In this document: piece by piece, positions 46,829 to 55,224 of the stretch | How the letters are laid out: each line of letters begins with the position of its first letter | Position numbering within the stretch: the stretch's first letter is position 1 | Origin: a virus | Lineage: Duplodnaviria; Caudoviricetes | DNA: 62,787 nt | Virus record (IMG/VR): IMGVR_UViG_3300044714_000076 | Span: 1 to 62,787 of that record | Strand: one strand, 5' to 3' | Notes under the pieces: model-generated | Told to the model about the DNA's origin: nothing | The model's database searches: none | What the model saw: only the letters and a program-made list of their open reading frames with translations | Position numbers and translations under genes: made by a program

Positions 46829-47323
46829 ATGACCAGCGGACAACCAATTCTTCAGTCGGGAAGCGTGACGCCCGGACATTTATGGAGCGTGACGACGGAC
46901 GGCGTGGCGCAAGATTCGGGCGTCAGCTTCAACAACACGCAAGCTATTTTTCAATCAACCATTACCAACGTCAACTTCAACTCGGCCAATACCGACAACC
47001 AGGTCTTGATCAATTTACCGGTTGGGTTTACGCGATGGCGGATGCAAAATATTTATTTGTCCGGCGCATCAGGAACGTTGACAACAGCAACATGCGGGCT
47101 GTTTACCCAACCAGCAGCAGGTGGCGTTGCTATTGTCACAAGTGGATCGGCTATCAATGTAAATACCAGCTCGATAGACACTAACAACAACGGGCAAGTA
47201 TTTACAATAAATAACCAGAATACTTTGTTTTATTCAGACACGGCTATTTATTTTCGCGTTCAAAACCCGCAAGGAAATGCTGCGACAGGAAACATAACGG
47301 TTGATTATGTTGTTCTTCCTTAA
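46829..47323 (+). CDS. Putative structural protein sharing N-domain with next gene
   Basis: GQPILQSGSVTPGH..VTTDGVAQD. Confidence 0.65.
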   Translation: MTSGQPILQSGSVTPGHLWSVTTDGVAQDSGVSFNNTQAIFQSTITNVNFNSANTDNQVLINLPVGFTRWRMQNIYLSGASGTLTTATCGLFTQPAAGGVAIVTSGSAINVNTSSIDTNNNGQVFTINNQNTLFYSDTAIYFRVQNPQGNAATGNITVDYVVLP

Positions 47324-49313
47324 AATTTACTTGACGTGGCTTGCAATCTGCCTGCCGGCCCTGGCGCAAACCGGACAGCCGATCAAGCAATCGGGCAACG
47401 TGGCGCCTACACACGCATGGTGCGTCACGACCAACGGAATCGCGCAAGATTGCGGCACCGCAGCTATTCCCTTTCTCACCTCGATTGGCGCCGTCTACAA
47501 CGGTCCCTCGATCTGTGCCTGGAGCGCCTTGTCCACGTCGGGAGCGGCGCAGGAGTTGTGTCTGGGAGCGACGACGGCGGGAGGTGCCGAAATCACTGTG
47601 CAAAACGTTGGATCTGCTTCTGCCCTTCCGCTTTTGTTGAATCTTAACGGCACCATCTACCAATTTCCATTCTCGACTTCGGGCGTAATTGGTCCTTCCA
47701 GTTCTATGGTTGGCGATATTGCAGAGTGGAATAACACGTCCGGCACCTTGCTAAAGGATGTTACGCCGACAGCGATGATTGATCAGCTTTGTGCCACAAA
47801 CGGCGATCTTTTGGTTCGACTAACCGGCACTTGGCAATGCCAAGCAACAGGAACAAGTGGTCACGTCGTTCCGTTCCTTGATGGCGCTAATACATGGTCA
47901 GCCACGCAGACTTTTGCGGATGGCGGTGCGTGGTCCAGTTCTGGAATTTCTGGATTATTGTCGCTGGCGATAACTGGTGGAACACTGTCTGCTGGAGCTA
48001 GTGCGCTCGCAGTAACTGTAACCCAACCGGCTTCTCCAGCAACAAAACAGGAAGCCGTTAGCATAGCCGTTACAGGTGCAGGATCAGCCAACCAAGTAAA
48101 CGATGCCTTTGCGGTAGCATATAATGCTGGTTACACAGGTGCAAACAGAAGTATTGCAGCTGATGTAGATAATTTGAACGCCGGAACCGCAGCCACCGTC
48201 GTTCCAGCTTCTTCTCTTAATAATAGCCGTGGTAATATGGGAATTGCCTCGGCTGCACTTGGATCCACCACGACCGGCTACAACTTTGGTATTAATGGTT
48301 TTGCAGGAGGCGGTTTAACAAATGTCGGCGGATCATTTCTTTCTCAAAGCGCAAATAATAATAATTCCGGCGCCAACATAGCGGTGGTTGGCAGTGCGCT
48401 TAACAACGGAACTGGTTCTCCAGCATATCAAATTGGCGGCTGGTTTTCTCTTAACCAAACAACCACTCCGTCTGCTTCGGCGGCATTAATAGCTGATAAC
48501 GCTTCGCAAAGTAATCCTGTAGCCCTTTTTCAAGTTGCCGGGACGACCAAAGTCGAAGTTGATGCAAGTGGTAATTTGACCGCACCAGCATCCAGCACTC
48601 TTACAATAGTCGCACCAAGTAGCGGGAATATAGCAATAAATCTTGGCTCGGATGCTACCGGCGACCTCTATTACCGTAATTCTAGCGGCAATTTTACCCG
48701 CCTGCCAATTGGCACGACAAACCAGCAATTGGCCGTATCCGGTGGACTCCCGGCGTGGACAGCCAGCACCAATTCCGTGGCGTATCTTTGCACGATCACC
48801 GCCAACAACTCGGCATCTCTCAATAACGCTTCGCCGACTTCGGGCAGTTGTCCGCTCAACAACACCTACACATCCTACCAGCTAATCTTCCAGAACATCA
48901 TCCCGGCAACGGACGAGAAAATTCTGGAATTGCAAGTCCATTCTGCCAATGGCGGCGCATCATATAAAACGACAGGGTATATTACATCGGAAAATTTTTG
49001 CGCCAATAGCACTTGCGCTGGTGGCAATCCGACGGTGTATATTCCACTCACTTATCCGTCTGACGCCAATGCGGCGGCTTTGCATAACGCTGCGCCAGGA
49101 TTCAGCGGTACAGTCGTTATCATGAACCCGTCAGTATCAGGTCTAATCAGCATAAGCACGAATAGCGCCGGCTACCTTGACGGTGGGGGGCTTGCCGGTA
49201 CAACGAGCACTTTCGGCTACTGGAATACAGCCGCTGCCGTTGACGGCTTCCAAGTCCTGATGGACTCTGGTAATATCACCTCCGGTTCGATCCTCGTATA
49301 TGGAATTCAATGA
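47307..49313 (+). CDS. Tail fibre-like protein with signal-peptide-like N-terminus
   Basis: MLFFLKIYLTWLAICLPALA|Q; LDGANTWS, GDLYYR...RLPIGT..Q.L.VSGGLPAW, SGNITSGSILVYG fibre motifs. Confidence 0.72.
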   Translation: MLFFLKIYLTWLAICLPALAQTGQPIKQSGNVAPTHAWCVTTNGIAQDCGTAAIPFLTSIGAVYNGPSICAWSALSTSGAAQELCLGATTAGGAEITVQNVGSASALPLLLNLNGTIYQFPFSTSGVIGPSSSMVGDIAEWNNTSGTLLKDVTPTAMIDQLCATNGDLLVRLTGTWQCQATGTSGHVVPFLDGANTWSATQTFADGGAWSSSGISGLLSLAITGGTLSAGASALAVTVTQPASPATKQEAVSIAVTGAGSANQVNDAFAVAYNAGYTGANRSIAADVDNLNAGTAATVVPASSLNNSRGNMGIASAALGSTTTGYNFGINGFAGGGLTNVGGSFLSQSANNNNSGANIAVVGSALNNGTGSPAYQIGGWFSLNQTTTPSASAALIADNASQSNPVALFQVAGTTKVEVDASGNLTAPASSTLTIVAPSSGNIAINLGSDATGDLYYRNSSGNFTRLPIGTTNQQLAVSGGLPAWTASTNSVAYLCTITANNSASLNNASPTSGSCPLNNTYTSYQLIFQNIIPATDEKILELQVHSANGGASYKTTGYITSENFCANSTCAGGNPTVYIPLTYPSDANAAALHNAAPGFSGTVVIMNPSVSGLISISTNSAGYLDGGGLAGTTSTFGYWNTAAAVDGFQVLMDSGNITSGSILVYGIQ

Positions 49314-49314
49314 C

Positions 49315-49887
49315 ATGACCGACCGCTTCCCAATCTGCCTGCCGTTCACATTGCAGCAAGAGTGCAATGTCTATACCGGCACCGCGGCCGACTGGTCCAA
49401 TCCCCGTAACTTCGACGACGACCCGCACGATCCTGGCGGTGAAACTCAATGTGGCATCACCGGCAGCGAATATGATCTGTGGCTGCGGTTGCAAGGATTG
49501 CCGCAACTCGATGTGCGCAAGATTACGCAGATGCAGGGCGAGGCTATCTATCAAGGCTCATACTGGAATCCGAATTGCGCCAAGTGCCCGGCCGGTGTCG
49601 ATTTGTGCGTATTCGATGAGAACGTGAACGCAGGTCCGCGCACGTCCACTATTCTGCTACAACGCGCCTTGGGCATTACCGCAGATGGCATATGGGGACC
49701 GGCGACTGACAAGGCTGTGGCGGCCATCGCCAACCCCGCAGCGGTCGTCAACGCCTTCACGGCTGAGCGAGAGGCTTATTATCGCTCGCTCTCGACGTTC
49801 AAATACTTCGGCACCGATTGGATTCGGCGGTCGCAAGAAATCGATGCGGAATCCCTAAAGATGGCAACAGGAGCAACCAATGCCTAA
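49315..49887 (+). CDS. Endolysin, glycoside hydrolase family 108
   Basis: DPHDPGGETQCGIT, LQRALG..ADGIWGPAT, FGTDW..R. Confidence 0.88.
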   Translation: MTDRFPICLPFTLQQECNVYTGTAADWSNPRNFDDDPHDPGGETQCGITGSEYDLWLRLQGLPQLDVRKITQMQGEAIYQGSYWNPNCAKCPAGVDLCVFDENVNAGPRTSTILLQRALGITADGIWGPATDKAVAAIANPAAVVNAFTAEREAYYRSLSTFKYFGTDWIRRSQEIDAESLKMATGATNA

Positions 49888-50245
49888 CATCGACCCGAAA
49901 GTTATTTTCTGGATCTCAATTGCCATCGCCGTGGCGGGAGTTGGCAGCAACGCGGCCCTTTGGACGGGAGCTATTCCAGCAGGTTCGATCGACATGCTTA
50001 CGGCATGGAACCATATCATCAGCGTTGTAGGACAAGTGGTGATGCCCCTCTTGCTTGGGCAAGGCATGACCAACGCAGGGCGCCTTGCAAACGTTCAATC
50101 CGTCCCCCTGGGACAGAAGCTGGATAGTCTCGCCGCGAACAATCCCGAGGTCAAATCGATCGTAACGACGGCGGCTCTCGCTAACGCCACAGACAGCGAC
50201 AAGATTGTTTCAGCGCCGCCTCAAGCGGTAAAGGCCGCGTCATGA
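49880..50245 (+). CDS. Putative holin/membrane protein
   Basis: Two hydrophobic segments; coupled to endolysin. Confidence 0.5.
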   Translation: MPNIDPKVIFWISIAIAVAGVGSNAALWTGAIPAGSIDMLTAWNHIISVVGQVVMPLLLGQGMTNAGRLANVQSVPLGQKLDSLAANNPEVKSIVTTAALANATDSDKIVSAPPQAVKAAS

Positions 50246-50412
50246 ATCCTGCCGACATTTTCAAGTTCCTGCCTTACGCCGAACGCATGGCCAAGGCGGC
50301 GGCAACAATCGAACGCCTGGAAAAGGACCCTGACGTTCAGGACGTTATTAAGCTCGTGGGCGAGCTTGGGGCGTTGATAGCTCAGGAACAGAAGCCGCTG
50401 CAAACCGGTTGA
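50242..50412 (+). CDS. 56-aa hypothetical protein (not in ORF track)
   Basis: MNPADIFKFLPYAERMAK...; ATGA overlap. Confidence 0.6.
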   Translation: MNPADIFKFLPYAERMAKAAATIERLEKDPDVQDVIKLVGELGALIAQEQKPLQTG

Positions 50413-50495
50413 ATTTCGTGGGCAACTGTTGCCCCAAAGACACACTGAAGGTTGTAGATTGCGCATGGGCATCTCGCCCTCATCAGGAGAACACC

Positions 50496-51248
50496 ATGCG
50501 TAACTTCTTTCTTTCTAGTACCGCGCTCGTCGCGCTGGCAATGCCGGCCATGGCTGCGGATATGCCGGTCAAGGCCCCCCCGCTCCAGCCTACCACAGCC
50601 TATCCCTATACGACTTCGGGCATTTACTGGGGCCTGACTGCCTTTGCTTCGGACACGACCTTCAACGTTAATGCTCCGGGCTCCAATACTGGGGACGTGT
50701 CGGCGATCGGCGGTTCTATTGGCGTCCTACTCGGCTGGTCAACGCCGATCAATGGCGGCGCTCAGTTTGTTCGGATCGAGGGATCAGCAGCAGCGCAAAA
50801 CCTTAACGGGACGGCATCGCAGACCGCTGGTATCCTTTCGATGAAGGGGCCGTGGCGAGTGGAAGGCGTGGCTGAGATTGGGATGCCCTGTGCGAACATC
50901 GTAGCCTATCTGCCAGCGAATCTCGGCAGCCTGTTGCCGACGCTCCCTGCGCTTCCCACGGGTCTCGTAGCAACGAACTGTCATGCGTATATCGGCGGCG
51001 GGGCCGCGGGCGAGGACATCAGCGCCAATCTCACCCCCGTCGGATCGCAGGGTTCCGAATGGTCCGGCGCTGGCGTCGTCAAGACCGGCCAGATTTGGCA
51101 GTTGGCAAATGGCTATGCGGTCGAGACGTGGATCGAATATGAAAGCAATGGGCGCTCGATTGGCCTCAATTCCGGCGGCCCGATGTTCACGTCGTCAATC
51201 CAGGGACAGACCCACAAGATCACGACAGGCGTTAACTTCGACTTCTAG
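50496..51248 (+). CDS. Outer-membrane beta-barrel protein (Omp25/RopB-like)
   Basis: Signal peptide, AADMPVKAP, amphipathic strands, C-terminal GVNFDF. Confidence 0.82.
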   Translation: MRNFFLSSTALVALAMPAMAADMPVKAPPLQPTTAYPYTTSGIYWGLTAFASDTTFNVNAPGSNTGDVSAIGGSIGVLLGWSTPINGGAQFVRIEGSAAAQNLNGTASQTAGILSMKGPWRVEGVAEIGMPCANIVAYLPANLGSLLPTLPALPTGLVATNCHAYIGGGAAGEDISANLTPVGSQGSEWSGAGVVKTGQIWQLANGYAVETWIEYESNGRSIGLNSGGPMFTSSIQGQTHKITTGVNFDF

Positions 51249-51257
51249 TACTTTCGG

Positions 51258-51289
51258 ATGGGCGGTCGCCAATGGCCGCCCATACTTTC
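51258..51289 (+). terminator. Hairpin/terminator after OMP gene
   Basis: ATGGGCGGTC-loop-GGCCGCCCAT then ACTTT. Confidence 0.55.
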
Positions 51290-51310
51290 GTACCCGGTAC
51301 TTTAGGATAA

Positions 51311-51643
51311 ATGATGCCGCGCAAAAGACCCTCTAGAATGTCCGTCTGGAACGCGGGGACGGCGGTGAACGTATTTGCCATTCCAACGCTGACATTCGTG
51401 TTTTTGGCCGGCGGGTTCTATTTTGTCGATAAGTATAAGTTCGAGGTCTACGACGCTGCGGCTGCCGACGTGCTGGCAATCAAGCTGCACAATGCCGGCC
51501 AGGACGAACAGGTTCGAGAAATCCAAAATCTCCTGACGAGAATTTCCAGCCAGGTTGATGCTTTGCGCAACAACACGCCGGTTTCAGGTCCAGGAGCAGG
51601 CGGCGGTGCGGCCGTTGGCGGCAGCAGTATGCGCGGGCCGTGA
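51311..51643 (+). CDS. TM plus coiled-coil membrane protein
   Basis: Single TM followed by heptad pattern. Confidence 0.6.
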   Translation: MMPRKRPSRMSVWNAGTAVNVFAIPTLTFVFLAGGFYFVDKYKFEVYDAAAADVLAIKLHNAGQDEQVREIQNLLTRISSQVDALRNNTPVSGPGAGGGAAVGGSSMRGP

Positions 51644-51649
51644 TGTCAG

Positions 51650-51898
51650 ATGGATTCCACCTACATCGCCCTTGGCGCTGTTATCCTTGCGGCAATTACG
51701 CTCGCATCGCAGATGCTCGGCAAGAGTCTGTCTATCCGCGAGCATGAAGAGTTTTCCAAGAATACTAAAGAACGGCTCAGCGATCTAAAAAGTGATTACC
51801 AGCGCGAAAGCAACCGACTTGAAGATCGCATCAAAACCCTTGAGCAGACTCGACCGACAACTGGCGAGATTGAGGCGCGGCTTGACAAGAAAACTTAG
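51650..51898 (+). CDS. TM plus coiled-coil membrane protein
   Basis: N-terminal TM, charged coiled coil. Confidence 0.65.
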   Translation: MDSTYIALGAVILAAITLASQMLGKSLSIREHEEFSKNTKERLSDLKSDYQRESNRLEDRIKTLEQTRPTTGEIEARLDKKT

Positions 51899-51901
51899 GT
51901 C

Positions 51902-52079
51902 ATGCCCTCCATCGAGCTTCCCGCCAACGGCAAGTGTCCCAAATGTGGGGCAGCAATTCCCAAGGCCAGGATCGTAAAGCACGAATCCAAGCTCGAAGGC
52001 GTTCCACTATTACGATTGCCCCAAATGCGGGCCGGTGCTGGTCAAGGTGTGGGACATCAGCGTGCCTGCCAAGAAATAA
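51902..52079 (+). pseudogene. Frameshifted Zn-ribbon gene (CPKC...CPKC)
   Basis: First CPKC in the ATG frame; second (FHYYDCPKCGPVLVKVW) in the +1 frame ending at TAA 52079. Confidence 0.6.
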
Positions 52080-52169
52080 CCGCAGCCGGGTAAGCCGTCC
52101 CGCCGATTCCAATCCAGTGGATGAAATACCACAGATCGTTCTCCCACCAGAACCGGCAGACGTGGGCGA

Positions 52170-52433
52170 TCATTGGGTGGTCTGCCGCGTCCGCGGTGCG
52201 CGTTCCCGAATCATGTAATCCATGATGCGAAAACACGTCGTCACGTCCTGCTCGGTTAGAAGCGCACTCATGCGCAGTGCGCGGTTGGCCTCGTACATGC
52301 AATTGAGCTGCATTGCCATGATGTAGGCCACATCGCGATCTTCCGATTGCTTGGCCTTTTGTAGCACTTCCTTGAGCGGAATTTTACTCACTTCATCCGC
52401 AATGTCGGCTTCAACGTCGTGTGAATTGGTCAT
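52170..52433 (-). CDS. Hypothetical protein
   Basis: AAGGAG RBS. Confidence 0.65.
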   Translation of the reverse strand: MTNSHDVEADIADEVSKIPLKEVLQKAKQSEDRDVAYIMAMQLNCMYEANRALRMSALLTEQDVTTCFRIMDYMIRERAPRTRQTTQ

Positions 52434-52474
52434 TCCCAGCTCCTTTGGTTAAGTTTTTTCCGACAGGTCTCTTG

Positions 52475-52669
52475 TTAGCGTGGACAATCCGTGGGTCGGA
52501 ATAGCCAGTGCTGACAATGAGCGTATTTCATACCAGTTAGATCATCGCGACGCATAGCCGCGCCAAAGCGGTCATCCCAATAGAGTTCATGTGCAACAAA
52601 GCAAACGAACATTAGTTTGAAAACGCACCAGCATAGAATAGCTCTGCGAGACGCGACCGACATTTTCAT
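52475..52669 (-). CDS. Hypothetical protein
   Basis: ORF in minus-strand run. Confidence 0.45.
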   Translation of the reverse strand: MKMSVASRRAILCWCVFKLMFVCFVAHELYWDDRFGAAMRRDDLTGMKYAHCQHWLFRPTDCPR

Positions 52670-52687
52670 TCCCCTGTTTGTTGGCCA

Positions 52688-52915
52688 TCAGCGCCGCTTG
52701 CGCTCAAGTTCGGTTGCGCCCTGATGGATTCGGCATCGTGTGTGCAGAATTTGCCTACCTTTGTGCATGCGCCATGAAAAGCGATATTCATGGGTGAGCC
52801 CGCAATCGCAACAAGTGATAAACCAATATTGTGGCACGGTCCTCCATTGCGAAAAATGCCGCGACGTGAGTTGCACGGATTTTCTCTGCTTAAGGTCTTT
52901 CCAGCGGAATGTCAT
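52688..52915 (-). CDS. Hypothetical protein (CCDCGLTH motif)
   Basis: Cys/His motif seen in small phage proteins. Confidence 0.65.
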   Translation of the reverse strand: MTFRWKDLKQRKSVQLTSRHFSQWRTVPQYWFITCCDCGLTHEYRFSWRMHKGRQILHTRCRIHQGATELERKRR

Positions 52916-52933
52916 TTGCCTGCTATTCGTTTA

Positions 52934-53110
52934 TTACTTTCCACGTTCAAACTTGGCTCTCAGTTGTTGGTATCGAATGAGGTCTTTGAGGTCGTTTGCC
53001 TCTGCGCGTTCGAGTGCGTCGCACATTTCACGAATCAGAAATATTTCCGCGCCGCTCTCCGTCGCGTGTTCGTCAAGCCACTTTTTGGCGCGCTCGGTAA
53101 GATCGCTCAT
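52934..53110 (-). CDS. 58-aa hypothetical protein (not in ORF track)
   Basis: MSDLTERAKKWLDEH...; ATGA overlap. Confidence 0.6.
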   Translation of the reverse strand: MSDLTERAKKWLDEHATESGAEIFLIREMCDALERAEANDLKDLIRYQQLRAKFERGK

Positions 53111-53400
53111 GTTTCCCCGGCTGTCTGCTCAATAACATCTAAGCGCGCAATATCAGCCATCCCCGCCGCCAACTCTGCATCGCTAGTGTAAAGCTCGCTG
53201 CGCATGTCGTAGTGATCGACGATGCGACGTAGCTGCGCCTTTAACGCCGCGATCACCTTCGCGTCGAGTTCGATCTTGGTAAGTGACCGTAGCAATAAGT
53301 CCGTAAGTGTGCAGACGGCATTGTGATGCCCATAAGCCTTGCGCATTTCATTTGCTGCCGTCCGAAAATCATCGACGTTGAGGGATTGGCCATCACTCAT
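53107..53400 (-). CDS. Hypothetical protein
   Basis: ORF with RBS. Confidence 0.6.
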   Translation of the reverse strand: MSDGQSLNVDDFRTAANEMRKAYGHHNAVCTLTDLLLRSLTKIELDAKVIAALKAQLRRIVDHYDMRSELYTSDAELAAGMADIARLDVIEQTAGET

Positions 53401-53416
53401 ATTTTCTTCCTGCTGT

Positions 53417-53731
53417 TCAGGGATTGGCCGGTTGCGCTGTCCATTCTGGACGCGCCTCGACCTTAACGAGCTTCGCGAGCATTTCCGTTTGAAGGTCTAT
53501 GCCAAATATTTCGGCAATCATATAAGCGTAATTGCCGATATCGGCGAGTTCTTCGATCATTTTTACTCGGCGCTCGTTTGAACCGGCGTCACCGCGCCAG
53601 TCCTTCTTGACGAGATTGGCAAGTTCACCTGCCTCCCCGCAGAGGGCCAGCGTCATGAAGCGCAGCTTGTCGTCCCCTGCGAGCGGTCCCCACCCAAGAT
53701 GTCGGCGTAGATGGTCCTGCAATTCGCTCAT
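53417..53731 (-). CDS. mazG: MazG-like nucleotide pyrophosphohydrolase
   Basis: LCGEAGELANLVKK...IEELADIGNY. Confidence 0.85.
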   Translation of the reverse strand: MSELQDHLRRHLGWGPLAGDDKLRFMTLALCGEAGELANLVKKDWRGDAGSNERRVKMIEELADIGNYAYMIAEIFGIDLQTEMLAKLVKVEARPEWTAQPANP

Positions 53732-53934
53732 GTTCTTTCTCCCTGCATTGGACGGGTATGTGCCCGAAACTCTGCGGTCACGAATAGCGTGCACGTCCAG
53801 TTATCGGCACACTTCTCAAACATCCGCATTGCCTCTAGCTCGTTATCGAAGTGCATATCGCCCCTATCTGGGTCGTCAAACTTCAGAAGCCATCGCGGCT
53901 TGCGTTCGGCTGGTGGTCCATAGGTGCATAGCAT
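53728..53934 (-). CDS. Hypothetical protein
   Basis: Coupled ORF. Confidence 0.55.
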   Translation of the reverse strand: MLCTYGPPAERKPRWLLKFDDPDRGDMHFDNELEAMRMFEKCADNWTCTLFVTAEFRAHTRPMQGERT

Positions 53935-53958
53935 TTCAAGTTTCCGTCTGTTCGGCGG

Positions 53959-54174
53959 TTAGTCGGACATTGCCTCGGACATGAGGTCATTCACGACTCC
54001 GATCAAATCGTCGATTGTCATGAACAATCGGGGACCAGATGTCATGACAACAGACACTTCCTCCACAGGCAACTCGATACAAGGACGACCGATGCCCTTG
54101 CTTCGTTCGCGCATCTTCTGCCGCGCAACTTCAAGCCCGTTGAGAACTTGAGAAGTGATCGAAGGTTCAGCCAT
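53959..54174 (-). CDS. Hypothetical protein
   Basis: GGGAG RBS. Confidence 0.55.
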   Translation of the reverse strand: MAEPSITSQVLNGLEVARQKMRERSKGIGRPCIELPVEEVSVVMTSGPRLFMTIDDLIGVVNDLMSEAMSD

Positions 54175-54212
54175 GCTCTTCTCCCGACATTCGTCCTGAC
54201 TGTCGCTGTTTG

Positions 54213-54671
54213 TCAGGCGGCTTCTCGCCACCCGCTCATCATTACAAAGCCGCTGCCGGCCATCGCTCGCGCTTCCGCGCCAGAGAAGCCCATGGTGGCG
54301 GGAGTAATCACGCTCCAAAGCCCCAACACCTTGCCGAGCGCGAATAACTGGAACGCCGCGCCCTGGTCGCCGATCTCGGCTCCGACCTCGATGTAGGAAG
54401 GACCGCCGGCAAGGCGCTCGGGCTGCGGATAGGTTTTCAGGATTTCGATCAACTCGTCCTTGTGGCGTTCCGCTGCCGCCTTATCCACACCGATCACGAG
54501 AAATTCGAGATCAACTTTTTCAAGATCGGCTGCTTGCGGATCGTCGCTCGGTGGCATCGCATAGATTTCTGTCACCTTGAGATTGGGCGTCTCGCGTTCC
54601 GTAATTTCCGGCCCCTTGCGAAGCTGCACGGTCGTTGCGGCCAAAATCTTGTAGAGCCTATTGAGGTCCAT
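54213..54671 (-). CDS. Hypothetical protein
   Basis: AAGGAG RBS; GGPSYIEVGAEIGDQ motif. Confidence 0.75.
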   Translation of the reverse strand: MDLNRLYKILAATTVQLRKGPEITERETPNLKVTEIYAMPPSDDPQAADLEKVDLEFLVIGVDKAAAERHKDELIEILKTYPQPERLAGGPSYIEVGAEIGDQGAAFQLFALGKVLGLWSVITPATMGFSGAEARAMAGSGFVMMSGWREAA

Positions 54672-54720
54672 TGGGTCTCTCCTTTAGTTGGGGCACTAAC
54701 CCCGTGTATGTCGCCGGCTG

Positions 54721-54912
54721 TCAGTGTTTTCGACGTTTGGTGGATACGGTCGTCACCGACCCGCTCGCTTCCACAATTTCGACAAGGCCATAGATTGCGA
54801 CCTTTACGGTCTCGCCTGCATCCGCAGTGGTATCGATCGCCCGGTGAGGGTCAAAATATTCGTCGCCCTTGCGGCCGGCGATCTTAACGAACAGCTTTTT
54901 CGGGAACTTCAT
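54721..54912 (-). CDS. Hypothetical protein
   Basis: ORF with RBS. Confidence 0.55.
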   Translation of the reverse strand: MKFPKKLFVKIAGRKGDEYFDPHRAIDTTADAGETVKVAIYGLVEIVEASGSVTTVSTKRRKH

Positions 54913-55216
54913 TTGCGGCGTCCTTCTGTTTTACGATTGTGGGTATCCAACTAAGAGGCGGGTTTTTGTCCAATTCGGGCAGTTCCTCCATTCCTTCGAT
55001 TACTTTGGCCAGCGCCGCAGCCTTCGCTTCCTGGGTATCCTCTTTCCAGGAAAATGAGATAAGGCCCCGCTCCGCTCTGATTTTCCCCTTCTTGGTCTTG
55101 AAAAACTTTCGGGTGAAAACCATTCCGCTCAAGCGGCCGGTCGCACGCTGCTGTCCCTTCTTGTCGGGGAAGGTCAGTGATTCATCTAGAAAAGTGGGGG
55201 CGTAGTAGCACTGCAT
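54884..55216 (-). CDS. Hypothetical protein
   Basis: ORF in minus-strand run. Confidence 0.5.
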   Translation of the reverse strand: MQCYYAPTFLDESLTFPDKKGQQRATGRLSGMVFTRKFFKTKKGKIRAERGLISFSWKEDTQEAKAAALAKVIEGMEELPELDKNPPLSWIPTIVKQKDAANEVPEKAVR

Positions 55217-55224
55217 TGGTCTAT

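Noticed and set aside
46690-46830. tmRNA gene or fragment (attP)
   Set aside because: No tRNA-like domain or T-loop nearby; the tag is in frame with the SGNH CDS.
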